A DNA stretch of 63,290 nucleotides, filler included, from Octopus bimaculoides (Eukaryota): NCBI RefSeq assembly GCF_001194135.2. It is 7 parts of 7 records of this genome, joined end to end, with 100 filler letters (N's around TTAATTAATTAA, not from the genome) between each part and the next. Parts side by side here need not be neighbours in the genome. Positions count along the whole stretch, not along the records: positions 8,825 to 28,781 come from NC_069003.1; positions 28,882 to 45,855 come from NC_068989.1; 5 more parts are not named here. One strand, given 5' to 3'. This document shows, piece by piece, positions 24,791 to 37,061 of this stretch. The notes beneath the pieces are model-generated. The model was given only the letters and a program-made list of their open reading frames with translations. It was not told the DNA's origin and made no database searches. Each line of letters begins with the position of its first letter. Positions within the stretch are counted from its first letter, which is position 1. The position numbers and the translations under genes were made by a program.

Positions 24791-26668
24791 GTTCGAAGCA
24801 CCGAAATCCCATCCACCCTTAGTACCGGAAATTAATCAGGGTCTCGAAGGATCACTTTCTTTGGCTATAGCCAGTAGTGACAGCGAAAAGAAGAGGAGAG
24901 TGAGGAACAACACCGATTCTAGGTTCAGGGTTTGTTACTGAATCGGGCTTGTTCTCTATCTCAGAAGCCATCAAGAATAAGCCACCAACCAAAGGCTCCC
25001 ACCTCACTCAGTCAATAACTTTATCTTCTCGCCTTGTGTCAAAGGGATTGTAATTGTAAGACCGGAAAGGAATGGGAAAAGTAGAAGGCTATCACACTTT
25101 ACCTGAAAAAATTAGATCGCATCTATAAAGTAACGGATCGTTTATCCGGCTTCCAGAAATTTAGGAACTCTGTGCAGTACTATGTAATACTATATAATGC
25201 TTTCCCTCCTTTGATTTTCATTCTAGAAACACGATACTGTATACATGGTACAATATAATATATTTAAAAAAAATTTTAATGAATTAATTAATATCAAACA
25301 GACTCTGCTTTAGAAATCTTTTAATTTGAATCAATCAAATACAGCTTAGTTCTGTAGTTTTCGTTCTGCACGATGGCGATATGAAATTGACGGTCATTCA
25401 GAAAACAAACCAATAATTTGGTCAATAAGAAAAGATAAAGTATTTCTGTTGTAATTAGTACTGATGGAAGATAGCTGGAAGAGAAGAGAAGCGACTGACA
25501 GAGTTTAAGTAAAAAATATTATAAGAATCACGAACTAAAGATGGAGTACCGGGAGACATGGTCCGTTTTTTTTTTGTCGTCCCACGCAAAAGACGTTGAC
25601 AGATTGGGGTCTACCAAATGTGGTGGTGGTGGTGGTGGTGGTGATGATGGGAGTGGTAATCTTGGTGGTAGTCATAGTGGTGCTGATGGAGATGGTGGTG
25701 GTGAAATGGGGGGTGGTGTTGCTTTTGTACTTATTGGTCATAGTGATGGTGGTTGCGAAGATGGTGGTAGTAGTGATAGTGGTGTTAACGGTGGTGCTGA
25801 AGGAAGCAGTGGTGGTGGTGGTGGTAATGATGGTGGTGGGGTTTTTTGTGTTGTCGTTATTANNNNNNNNNNNNNNNNNNNNNNNNNNNNNNNNNNNNNN
25901 NNNNNNNNNNNNNNNNNNNNNNNNNNNNNNNNNNNNNNNNNNNNNNNNNNNNNNNNNNNNNNNNNNNNNNNNNNNNNNNNNNNNNNNNNNNNNNNNNNNN
26001 NNNNNNNNNNNNNNNNNNNNNNNNNNNNNNNNNNNNNNNNNNNNNNNNNNNNNNNNNNNNNNNNNNNNNNNNNNNNNNNNNNNNNNNNNNNNNNNNNNNN
26101 NNNNNNNNNNNNNNNNNNNNNNNNNNNNNNNNNNNNNNNNNNNNNNNNNNNNNNNNNNNNNNNNNNNNNNNNNNNNNNNNNNNNNNNNNNNNNNNNNNNN
26201 NNNNNNNNNNNNNNNNNNNNNNNNNNNNNNNNNNNNNNNNNNNNNNNNNNNNNNNNNNNNNNNNNNNNNNNNNNNNNNNNNNNNNNNNNNNNNNNNNNNN
26301 NNNNNNNNNNNNNNNNNNNNNNNNNNNNNNNNNNNNNNNNNNNNNNNNNNNNNNNNNNNNNNNNNNNNNNNNNNNNNNNNNNNNNNNNNNNNNNNNNNNN
26401 NNNNNNNNNNNNNNNNNNNNNNNNNNNNNNNNNNNNNNNNNNNNNNNNNNNNNNNNNNNNNNNNNNNNNNNNNNNNNNNNNNNNNNNNNNNNNNNNNNNN
26501 NNNNNNNNNNNNNNNNNNNNGTATGTGTGTGTGTACATGTATATGTGTTTGTGCATAAATATATAAATATGTGTGTGTGTGAGTGTGTGTGCGTGTGTGT
26601 GTGCGTGTGTGCATGTATATGTGTTTGTGCATAAATATATAAATATGTGTGTGTGTGTGAGTGTGCGT

Positions 26669-26721
<53 letters not shown>

Positions 26722-27037
26722 TGAGTGTCTATTTAGAAGCCAGTGTGATCAACACACACCTCTTTACCTTACAACTATGTCTGGCACGCACGGACGCCAT
26801 GTTGAAATGGACATTCTTCAGCGTAAACGTCACACATCATCACCGCCATCATCATCATCATCACGATCGTACTGATCACCACCACCATCACCAACACCAT
26901 CGCCACCATCATTTATGATTAACATTATTCTAATTTATAATTATCATTATCGTTGTTGTTGTTATTGTTCATGGTGGTGGTGGTGGTGGTAGGATTCTTC
27001 TTGTGGATATTATTGTTATTACTGATTTCATCATCAC

Positions 27038-27039
<2 letters not shown>

Positions 27040-27091
<52 letters not shown>

Positions 27092-27168
27092 CATTATTAT
27101 TATTATTATTAATATTATTACTATTATTATTATTATTATTATTAATATTATTATCATTATTATTATTA

Positions 27169-27211
<43 letters not shown>

Positions 27212-27224
27212 TATTATTATTATT
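27040..27224. repeat. (ATT)n microsatellite
   Basis: Direct reading of the sequence. Confidence 0.95.
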
Positions 27225-28504
27225 NNNNNNNNNNNNNNNNNNNNNNNNNNNNNNNNNNNNNNNNNNNNNNNNNNNNNNNNNNNNNNNNNNNNNNNNNNNN
27301 NNNNNNNNNNNNNNNNNNNNNNNNNNNNNNNNNNNNNNNNNNNNNNNNNNNNNNNNNNNNNNNNNNNNNNNNNNNNNNNNNNNNNNNNNNNNNNNNNNNN
27401 NNNNNNNNNNNNNNNNNNNNNNNNNNNNNNNNNNNNNNNNNNNNNNNNNNNNNNNNNNNNNNNNNNNNNNNNNNNNNNNNNNNNNNNNNNNNNNNNNNNN
27501 NNNNNNNNNNNNNNNNNNNNNNNNNNNNNNNNNNNNNNNNNNNNNNNNNNNNNNNNNNNNNNNNNNNNNNNNNNNNNNNNNNNNNNNNNNNNNNNNNNNN
27601 NNNNNNNNNNNNNNNNNNNNNNNNNNNNNNNNNNNNNNNNNNNNNNNNNNNNNNNNNNNNNNNNNNNNNNNNNNNNNNNNNNNNNNNNNNNNNNNNNNNN
27701 NNNNNNNNNNNNNNNNNNNNNNNNNNNNNNNNNNNNNNNNNNNNNNNNNNNNNNNNNNNNNNNNNNNNNNNNNNNNNNNNNNNNNNNNNNNNNNNNNNNN
27801 NNNNNNNNNNNNNNNNNNNNNNNNNNNNNNNNNNNNNNNNNNNNNNNNNNNNNNNNNNNNNNNNNNNNNNNNNNNNNNNNNNNNNNNNNNNNNNNNNNNN
27901 NNNNNNNNNNNNNNNNNNNNNNNNNNNNNNNNNNNNNNNNNNNNNNNNNNNNNNNNNNNNNNNNNNNNNNNNNNNNNNNNNNNNNNNNNNNNNNNNNNNN
28001 NNNNNNNNNNNNNNNNNNNNNNNNNNNNNNNNNNNNNNNNNNNNNNNNNNNNNNNNNNNNNNNNNNNNNNNNNNNNNNNNNNNNNNNNNNNNNNNNNNNN
28101 NNNNNNNNNNNNNNNNNNNNNNNNNNNNNNNNNNNNNNNNNNNNNNNNNNNGTGGTGGTGGTAGTGGTGGTGGTGGTGGTGGTAATTATTGTTTGCAGTC
28201 ATGTTTTTATTGTGTAATCCTGCCTAATCTATCTGTCGCCTCTCCCACAACAACAACAACAACCACGAGAACAACAACAGAAACACAATCTCTTTCACTT
28301 TCTCCCTCTCTCTCCCCATCCCTCTCTCTCTTTCTTCCCTCCTTCACTCTTTATACACAGTCACTATCTATGCCCAAAAGAAAAAAAACAACCATTAACA
28401 CACACATATATGAATACAGCTTGACAAACATATATACGTGTGTGTGTGTGTGTGTGTGTATGTGTGTGTGAACATTCATACATACATACATACATATACA
28501 TGCA

Positions 28505-28547
<43 letters not shown>

Positions 28548-28701
28548 CATACATATATATATGTGTGTGTGTGTGTGTGTGTAAGTGTGTGTACCTATGT
28601 ACATATACATATGTTATATGTATATATATATACATATATGTATATATATATATACATATACACATATAAACATACGTATACATATATATATTATATGCAT
28701 A

Positions 28702-28781
<80 letters not shown>

Positions 28782-28881
28782 NNNNNNNNNNNNNNNNNNN
28801 NNNNNNNNNNNNNNNNNNNNNNNNNTTAATTAATTAANNNNNNNNNNNNNNNNNNNNNNNNNNNNNNNNNNNNNNNNNNNN

Positions 28882-29187
28882 GATAACTCGAATGTGGAAT
28901 CTAAAAACAGAAACAATTCCTATCATAGTAGGTGCCTTAGGTATAATAAAAAAATATTCAGACAAATACATAACAAAAACACCAGGACTTACAAATATAT
29001 ATAACATACAGAAAATTGCACTACTGGGTACTGCACACATTCTACGCAAAACACTTTCAATACAGTAAACATAAGAGCACCACAGCAAACCACAGCACAT
29101 ACCCAAGGCGCACAGAGCTGCGCTCGGTAGTGAAGTGAAAGCACGTTATAAAAATAAAACTACTGAATAATAATAATAATAATAATG
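28882..29187 (+). mobile_element. 3' end of a young R4/Dong-like element (RLE C-terminus, 3' UTR, (TAA)n tail)
   Basis: Open frame ITRMWNLKTETIPIIVGALGIIKKYSDKYITKTPGLTNIYNIQKIALLGTAHILRKTLSIQ*, followed by a 3' UTR ending ctactgaataataataat. Confidence 0.85.
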
Positions 29188-31620
29188 CAAGGAAGCGGTT
29201 GGAATCTCCCTATGCTCTGATTGATGATATATCTTAGTGATGGTGTCATAATAAAATCACTGGTAACTGCGCAACCTCATAATCGCTATCTGATATGAGT
29301 GACAAGGAAAAAACAAAGTAGTGTGAAAACGGTTGTAATGAAACTGATGCCCTTGATGGTGACTGTGTTATACCCGGCAGGCTCAGAAATACTGGTTCCA
29401 TTCCAGCCTGTCGTTATCCAGCAAGGAACCAGAACACACGGTGTAGATAAGACAAACAAATAAATGTTGTGTTCTTACTACTTGAGCAACTCTGTAGACG
29501 AAAATAGTGCTCATTTTGGCGGATACCAAGATGAGAACTATTGGATCAATGGAGAGAAATAGGATTGTTTCGACACACGGTACAGAAATTATGTGATCAA
29601 GCTAGAGCAAATAAACAGAAATCGTTGGTTCTCAGAAGTAGAGTATGAAGCTATCAACAGACGGGTATTGGAAAACAGCAGCAGAGGAAACGATGAAAAA
29701 GTTCCTACTGATAAAATCTCATACCAGAAAACATGAAATCTCTAATAAACCACAGGAAAGGAACATTAATAGCTTGCTCGATGAGAGACATATAGATGGT
29801 TTGGAAGAAGACAATAAAACTAATGGTGACGTGACAGATGGACAAAAAAACAATCTACGACAGAACAAAGGCAAGGCTACAGGAGAACGATAGCGACTTT
29901 ATTTGCAACCTTAAAAATGTTGATCGGTGGACATTGAACCAAGAAACTAAAAATGTGAATGAAATTCTGAAATACATCAGAACTAAAATGAACACAGAAA
30001 TAAATAATTTGATCAAGGCAGCAAGTATTGTTGTAGCAGAAAATGTGAGTGTTGATGTCAAGAAGAATAAATATAATAGGAGTGGGAAAAGAAAAGATCC
30101 ATGGTGGAAAAAAATACAGGCGGGTTTAGACATACTCTCGGAGGACATTTTTGTGTTAGACCGAAAAGAAAACGGGAAGCTTAAAAGCGAACAAAAATGC
30201 AGGGCACTGAAAAGGAAGTATAATATTGAAAGAAAGGGCAATGGAGGAACTGAAACAGCGCTTCGTACCACAGAAAGCAAAGATGGTAAGATACGACCAA
30301 AGAATGAAGGGTTACCATCGAAATAGGTTATTCAGAGTGGATCAGAATAGATTCTACAAAGAAATAAATGGAGAGTGTACAGATGAAAAGTTGATACCAG
30401 GTAACATTGAAAGTCAAAGGTTTTGGAGTGACATCTGGAGCAAAGACAAAGAGAACAAGAAAGATGTAGAATGGCTGCAAGAACTGAAACAAACAGTAGT
30501 CTGTCCAAAACAGACAGAACAAGTCATTTCAGTTAGGGTAGTGTAGGAAATCAGCCAAAAAATGGGCAACTGTAAGGCACCGGGACCAAACGGAGTTCAA
30601 GGCTACTGGATCAAAAGAATTTGGTGAAAGTCATGCACGAATAGCTGCACAGCTCAACACCTTGTTAAATGCCAACCAAGTAACACTAGAGTGGCTGACA
30701 TTGGGTAGGAGAGTGACGTGCTTGAAAAACAACGAAAAAGGCAATACGGTAGACAATTACAGGCCGATATCCCGATTGACAGTTATGTGGAAATTATTGA
30801 TTGGAATAGTCGCAGAGTCAATGTACGGACATCTGGAAAAAATGACTTCAGCAACATGAGCAGAAGGGTTGCAAGCATAAGTGCAGAAGTACAAAGGATG
30901 AACTCCTAGTAGACAAAACTGTACTTAGAGACAGCAAGAGTAGGAAAACTACCTTAGCCATATCATGCGTTGATTATTGTAAGGCGTACGATATGACCCA
31001 ATACTTGGACTATGAAATGTATTCACCTATTTGGTATTGCATCGAATGTTGAGCGATTGCTTGGAAAAAGTATAGCGAGGTAGAGGAGAGAACTGACCGC
31101 ATATGGAAGACGTTTAAAGACAAATCAGGAAAGGCATCTTCCAACGGACTGCCTGTCCCCACTACTGATCTTTGTACTGTGCATGATAACACTAACAATG
31201 ATTCTGAGGAAAGCGATCGCTGGGTATGTATTCAAAAGCCGCCAACAAAATGTCTACCACTTGTTATTCATGGATGGCCTCAAACATTATGGTAAAGATG
31301 AATCCTAAGTCAGTTCCCTCGTTGATACAATGTATAGAGACAGTGCTGATATCAGAATGGCGTTCGGATTGAAAAGGTGTGATGTGTTAGACTTGAGGAG
31401 AGGTAAAATCAAATGTATGGACGGGCTATCGATACCGTCGGGGTAGGTTATGAAACAGATAGAAGAGAAGGCTATAAGTACTTAGGGATATTGGAAATGG
31501 ATAAGTTGATGGAGAAAGAAATGACAGAAAAATTTAAGCTGAAGTATTTGCGCAGACTGAGACTGAGACTTAAGTCGAAATTAAACGGACGGAATAAGAT
31601 TGAAGCTATCAACACCTAAT
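29188..31620 (+). mobile_element. Degenerate R4/Dong-like element from the 5' end through RT; truncated at (GAA)n
   Basis: KDPWWKK, NRLFRVDQNRFYKEI, KAPGPNGVQGYWIK, NYRPISRLTVMWKLL, FQRDCLSPLLIFVLCM-like, HLLFMDGLKHYGK, YKYLGILE and LNGRNKIEAINT. Confidence 0.9.
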
Positions 31621-31640
31621 AAATGCTATCTAATAAATAT

Positions 31641-31704
31641 GAAGAAGAAGAAGAAGAAGAAGAAGAAGAAGAAGAAGAAGAAGAAGAAGAAGAAGAAGAA
31701 GAAG
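31641..31704. repeat. (GAA)n microsatellite
   Basis: Direct reading of the sequence. Confidence 0.95.
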
Positions 31705-32500
31705 NNNNNNNNNNNNNNNNNNNNNNNNNNNNNNNNNNNNNNNNNNNNNNNNNNNNNNNNNNNNNNNNNNNNNNNNNNNNNNNNNNNNNNNNNNNNNNNN
31801 NNNNNNNNNNNNNNNNNNNNNNNNNNNNNNNNNNNNNNNNNNNNNNNNNNNNNNNNNNNNNNNNNNNNNNNNNNNNNNNNNNNNNNNNNNNNNNNNNNNN
31901 NNNNNNNNNNNNNNNNNNNNNNNNNNNNNNNNNNNNNNNNNNNNNNNNNNNNNNNNNNNNNNNNNNNNNNNNNNNNNNNNNNNNNNNNNNNNNNNNNNNN
32001 NNNNNNNNNNNNNNNNNNNNNNNNNNNNNNNNNNNNNNNNNNNNNNNNNNNNNNNNNNNNNNNNNNNNNNNNNNNNNNNNNNNNNNNNNNNNNNNNNNNN
32101 NNNNNNNNNNNNNNNNNNNNNNNNNNNNNNNNNNNNNNNNNNNNNNNNNNNNNNNNNNNNNNNNNNNNNNNNNNNNNNNNNNNNNNNNNNNNNNNNNNNN
32201 NNNNNNNNNNNNNNNNNNNNNNNNNNNNNNNNNNNNNNNNNNNNNNNNNNNNNNNNNNNNNNNNNNNNNNNNNNNNNNNNNNNNNNNNNNNNNNNNNNNN
32301 NNNNNNNNNNNNNNNNNNNNNNNNNNNNNNNNNNNNNNNNNNNNNNNNNNNNNNNNNNNNNNNNNNNNNNNNNNNNNNNNNNNNNNNNNNNNNNNNNNNN
32401 NNNNNNNNNNNNNNNNNNNNNNNNNNNNNNNNNNNNNNNNNNNNNNNNNNNNNNNNNNNNNNNNNNNNNNNNNNNNNNNNNNNNNNNNNNNNNNNNNNNN

Positions 32501-32730
32501 NATAACAACAAATACATAACAAAAATACCAGGACTTACAAATATATATAACATACAGAAAAGTTGCACTACTGGGCACAGCACACATCCTACGCAAAACA
32601 GTTTCAATACAGTAACCATAAGAGCATCACAGCAAACTACAGCACATACCCAAGGCACACAGAGCTGCGCTCGGTAGTGAAGTGAAAGCACGTTATAAAA
32701 ATAAAACTACTGAATAATAATAATAATAAT
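32501..32730 (+). mobile_element. 3' end of the young R4/Dong-like family (second copy)
   Basis: Highly similar to 28960-29187, with the same 3' UTR and (TAA)n tail. Confidence 0.85.
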
Positions 32731-32954
32731 AAAAATAATAATAACAATAACATTAATAATAATAATGATAATAACAACAGCAACAACAATAATAAGAATA
32801 AGAATAAGAAAAACATAAACAATGATGATGACGACGACGACGACAATAATTACATGTTCTGTTCTTACTAGCGCCGTCATACTAATGAAAATTACAAACA
32901 GGGTGGTCTATCGAGGAGAGGAACGTGGAAATGAAGTGGAACAAAAATAAAAAG

Positions 32955-33065
32955 AAGAAGAAGATGAAGAAGAAGAAGAAGAAGAAGAAGAAGAAGAAGA
33001 AGAAGAAGAAGAAGAAGAAGAAGAAGAAGAAGAAGCAGAAGAAGAAGAAGAAGAAGAAGAAGATG

Positions 33066-33097
<32 letters not shown>

Positions 33098-33108
33098 GAT
33101 GATGATGA
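32955..33108. repeat. (GAA)n(GAT)n microsatellite
   Basis: Direct reading of the sequence. Confidence 0.95.
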
Positions 33109-33815
33109 TAAGAAGGAGACAGAGCAATTGTTGGGAAAGAAGATAACAGGGTGAGGAGGAGAAGGAACATGCAGTAAGAGGAAACGAAGAAAGGAAAGTG
33201 GGTGTTTAAAAGGAAATATCTGATTATCTGATGCGGAGGTGAAACAATTAGAAAATAATAAAAGGGAAATAATTATGGAGAAGAATTAGAGAAAAAGAGA
33301 ATTGCAACATTGAGATTGATAGCAACAATAAGAAATACCAAGAGTGAGGAAGTTAGAGTTGAGAAATAAAATGAGAAGCAAGGATCAGATGAGAATGAAG
33401 TGAAGAGTATAGAGAAGGGGGAGTAGATGGAAGTGTAGATGAATTGAACGCCCATGAGATTGTATCAGTGAAAATATAGTTGAAACGTCGTTGCTTCAGT
33501 GACCGGCTGATGATTAGATGAAAAGAACAAAAGCGCATAAGAGAATAAGAATAGAAGAAGTATAGGAAGCAGATCAATTGCAGGAAGGAGAAAGAGAAGG
33601 AAGCAGAGAACGAGAGGGAGAGAGAGAGAGATATATATTTCATGTATCAAATATCGGGTGAGAGGCGACAGATGGAGATCCAGAGAAAGAGGGAGTTGGA
33701 AATAAGGAATGAAATTTAAAGATACAAGTTAAAAGGAGAGAAATGGAAATTTCTCCATTCTTTCTATTATGAGGCATAAGGCCTGATATTTTAGGGAGTG
33801 GTACGGTCTAAATGA

Positions 33816-33960
33816 ATCATACTCCATGACCGAGTGGTACCCGTTATATAGATCCCGAAAAGGATGAAAGGCAAAATAGACCGTGGTAGAATTTGAACGA
33901 AGATCACAAAAGCCAAAGAAATGCTTCTAAACATTTTGTGTGGCATGATAATACACCTTT
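33816..33960 (-). mobile_element. SINE type C, degenerate
   Basis: gatcccgaaaaggatgaaaggcaaatagacc..agaatttgaac. Confidence 0.55.
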
Positions 33961-34810
33961 CAGAAAGCAGTCTTTGAGAAATGGCGATATCGATAGAGAT
34001 AATGGAGAAAAGTTTTGAGGAGATGTGCTCAGTGAGACACCGATTGTAGAATTTGATGCAAGGCATACAATATGACTGAAAAAATAAAATATTTCGAAAA
34101 TTATAACTAAATGAAAATGGGATAAATCATATGGTACTAATGTCAACTTTACATTGTCTTTCATAATGCCTTATAATTATTCGATTGAAGCATTCTTTTA
34201 ACTGTGTGTCTATTTTTATGATTTATTAAATGTTTACGCCTTCACTATTTGTATGATTTTATTTTGTTTTGTATTGCATATTGATATTCAATGGTTTTGT
34301 TGTAAGTAAACATTATCTCGTATGCCATTTCTTGATAATTTCTTAGGTACATATATATGATATCATGCTGGTCTCTCGTAGTCTGAGGAAGTCAATTCTG
34401 CAATTTCTTATTAATCTGAATAAATGATTTATTTATACTGAGTAAATACTTATGTTGTACGTTTGCTTGTCTCCCATCCCCCATCCATCAAATCTACGTC
34501 ACCTAAACAGATGCAGGGCTCAACAAATGTCAGGCGTCAAAGTGATCGTAGACCAACGTGAGATAAAGTATTTTGATCAAGAATACAACACACCAGCCGG
34601 TTTAGTATTCGAAGCCACGTTCTCGCGATCTCGAGTGCAACTCCCTAAACGTTAGGTCATGCGCCCGTCCACACGCACCCCACACCCCACCAGACACACA
34701 TACATACATGTAAATAGCTGTATATGTGAATGCGAGTATGCGAGTGTGAGTTCGTGTGTGAGTATCACTACACTGGAAGATGTTGCACCAGCAAAATGCG
34801 GGTGTTTATA

Positions 34811-35142
34811 GAGGCATGGCTTCATGGTTAGGTCGTCGGGATCACAAACGTGTGGTAGTGAGTTCGATTCCCAGACGGGGCTGTGTTTTGTGTTCTTAAG
34901 CAAGACACTTTATTTTCACGCTGCTCCACTTCACTCAGCTGTAGAAATGAATTGCGACATCACTGGTGCCAAGCTGTATCGGCCTTTACCTTCCCCTTGG
35001 ATAACATCGGTGGCGTGGTGAGGAGATGCTGGTATACATGGCCGACTGCTGTTCTTCCACAAAGAAGCTTGCCAGAACTTGTGCCTCGGAGGGGAACTTG
35101 CGAAGCGCAATCCCATGGCCATTCATATCGAAGAGGTTCTTT
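34811..35142 (+). mobile_element. tRNA-headed SINE (tail type B)
   Basis: Aligns end to end with 23362-23762. Confidence 0.85.
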
Positions 35143-35513
35143 ACATTTTGATAGGGGTAAATTTGGGGAAAACGATCTTCATCAACTGCAAAATACCTCT
35201 GATGTATTCCAGAACTTGCTATTTTAAAATACTTAAATCATGAGCTGAAACTTTCGAAAGAGCTCGTAGTATTGTTTGAACAGCACGAACAAAACGTCAA
35301 TTTTATCATGAATTTATTCTGAAGATGGGATTATGTGTCTCAAAACGGTAATAGATTAATGGATTTAATCAGGCCATTATTCTAAATTAGATATCAAGGA
35401 GAATCAAGGAAATAAGAATAGATGGGTTCTGTTTAATTACAAACACGCATTCAATCATACACTCATAAAATAATATATGTGTATGTACATATATATACAT
35501 ATGCATACACACG

Positions 35514-35575
<62 letters not shown>

Positions 35576-36335
35576 CATCGGCACAGACACACATTCACAA
35601 ACATACACACACATATATATACTTATATATATATANNNNNNNNNNNNNNNNNNNNNNNNNNNNNNNNNNNNNNNNNNNNNNNNNNNNNNNNNNNNNNNNN
35701 NNNNNNNNNNNNNNNNNNNNNNNNNNNNNNNNNNNNNNNNNNNNNNNNNNNNNNNNNNNNNNNNNNNNNNNNNNNNNNNNNNNNNNNNNNNNNNNNNNNN
35801 NNNNNNNNNNNNNNNNNNNNNNNNNNNNNNNNNNNNNNNNNNNNNNNNNNNNNNNNNNNNNNNNNNNNNNNNNNNNNNNNNNNNNNNNNNNNNNNNNNNN
35901 NNNNNNNNNNNNNNNNNNNNNNNNNNNNNNNNNNNNNNNNNNNNNNNNNNNNNNNNNNNNTATATATACTTGTGTGAGTGCCTTCGGATTTAAATATCCC
36001 CTGGCTGCTTAGATACTTCAGACAACCCCTGAAATATTGAAGCAATCCTATCATTTACCTATATATATATTTACCTATATATATATATATATATATTTAC
36101 CTATATATACATACATGCAGACATATATGCATATATATCGATATGAATTCATACACGGACATTCGATAGGGTACTGACAAATCCATAGCTTTGGGAAAAA
36201 CAAAAAACCCCAGGATCAGGTAATTACCATTTTATTCACTATATTTCTCTTTAAGATTCATATACATATTGTAGCGGCCCTTCATTCTTTTTAAGGCCTT
36301 TTTTAAGGATTGTAAAATAACTCAGTATGCGCGGC

Positions 36336-36394
36336 CGCCAATCGGGCTTGTTGCGATGCCCTTAGAGCCAGGAACTTTTCTGCAATCCCTCGTA
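36336..36394 (-). mobile_element. One end of the same mariner-derived MITE family
   Basis: The reverse complement TACGAGGGATTGCAGAAAAGTTCCTGGCTCTAAGGG matches the TIR type of 6362-6572. Confidence 0.65.
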
Positions 36395-36460
36395 TATATA
36401 TTAATGTGTCTATGTGTGTGTGTTCGTTCCAAATTTTGAGCCCGGGCCAGCGTTTGTGGG

Positions 36461-36632
36461 TTAGGGGTTACGTCGATTACTTTGACCCCCAATGCTCCAC
36501 TTGTATTTATTCAATCGATCCTGAAACAATGAAAAGGAAAATCAACCAAGGTGGAATTTGGAAATCAAAACATGAAGACGGATGAGATGCCGCTAAGCAT
36601 TTTGACCGACATACTAACGATTCTGCCAGGTC
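36461..36632 (-). mobile_element. SINE type C, diverged
   Basis: Includes head gatgccgctaagcattttgaccgacatactaacgattctgccag. Confidence 0.7.
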
Positions 36633-36701
36633 TTTACCTCTAACACGTATATGTTTATTTACATATAAATGTTGCTGTGAGCAAAGTTTTGTCAAACTCA
36701 A

Positions 36702-36789
36702 AAAATTGTTACTCCGAGTCCTTCGTTTCTGAAATTTCTCATCCGAAAATTGTTACTCCGAGTCCTTCGTTTCTGAAATTTCTCATCCG
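36702..36789. repeat. Perfect 44-bp tandem duplication
   Basis: aaaattgttactccgagtccttcgtttctgaaatttctcatccg occurs twice. Confidence 0.95.
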
Positions 36790-37025
36790 AAAACCCATCT
36801 TCCTATAAATTATATAACATTTGTCTCTGTATTGATTTCCTGTATTTTCTCTTTTGACTACATTAAGCGTATACACAACGTTATATAAGCAGAAACATAC
36901 GAAGTCGCATGCACAGTCTCACACACGTGTACATAGAAGTTAATGTAAATATATGCATGCATATATACATACGCGCATGGTAATGTATATATGATAGTAT
37001 GTATGCATGCATCCATGTATATATG

Positions 37026-37061
<36 letters not shown>

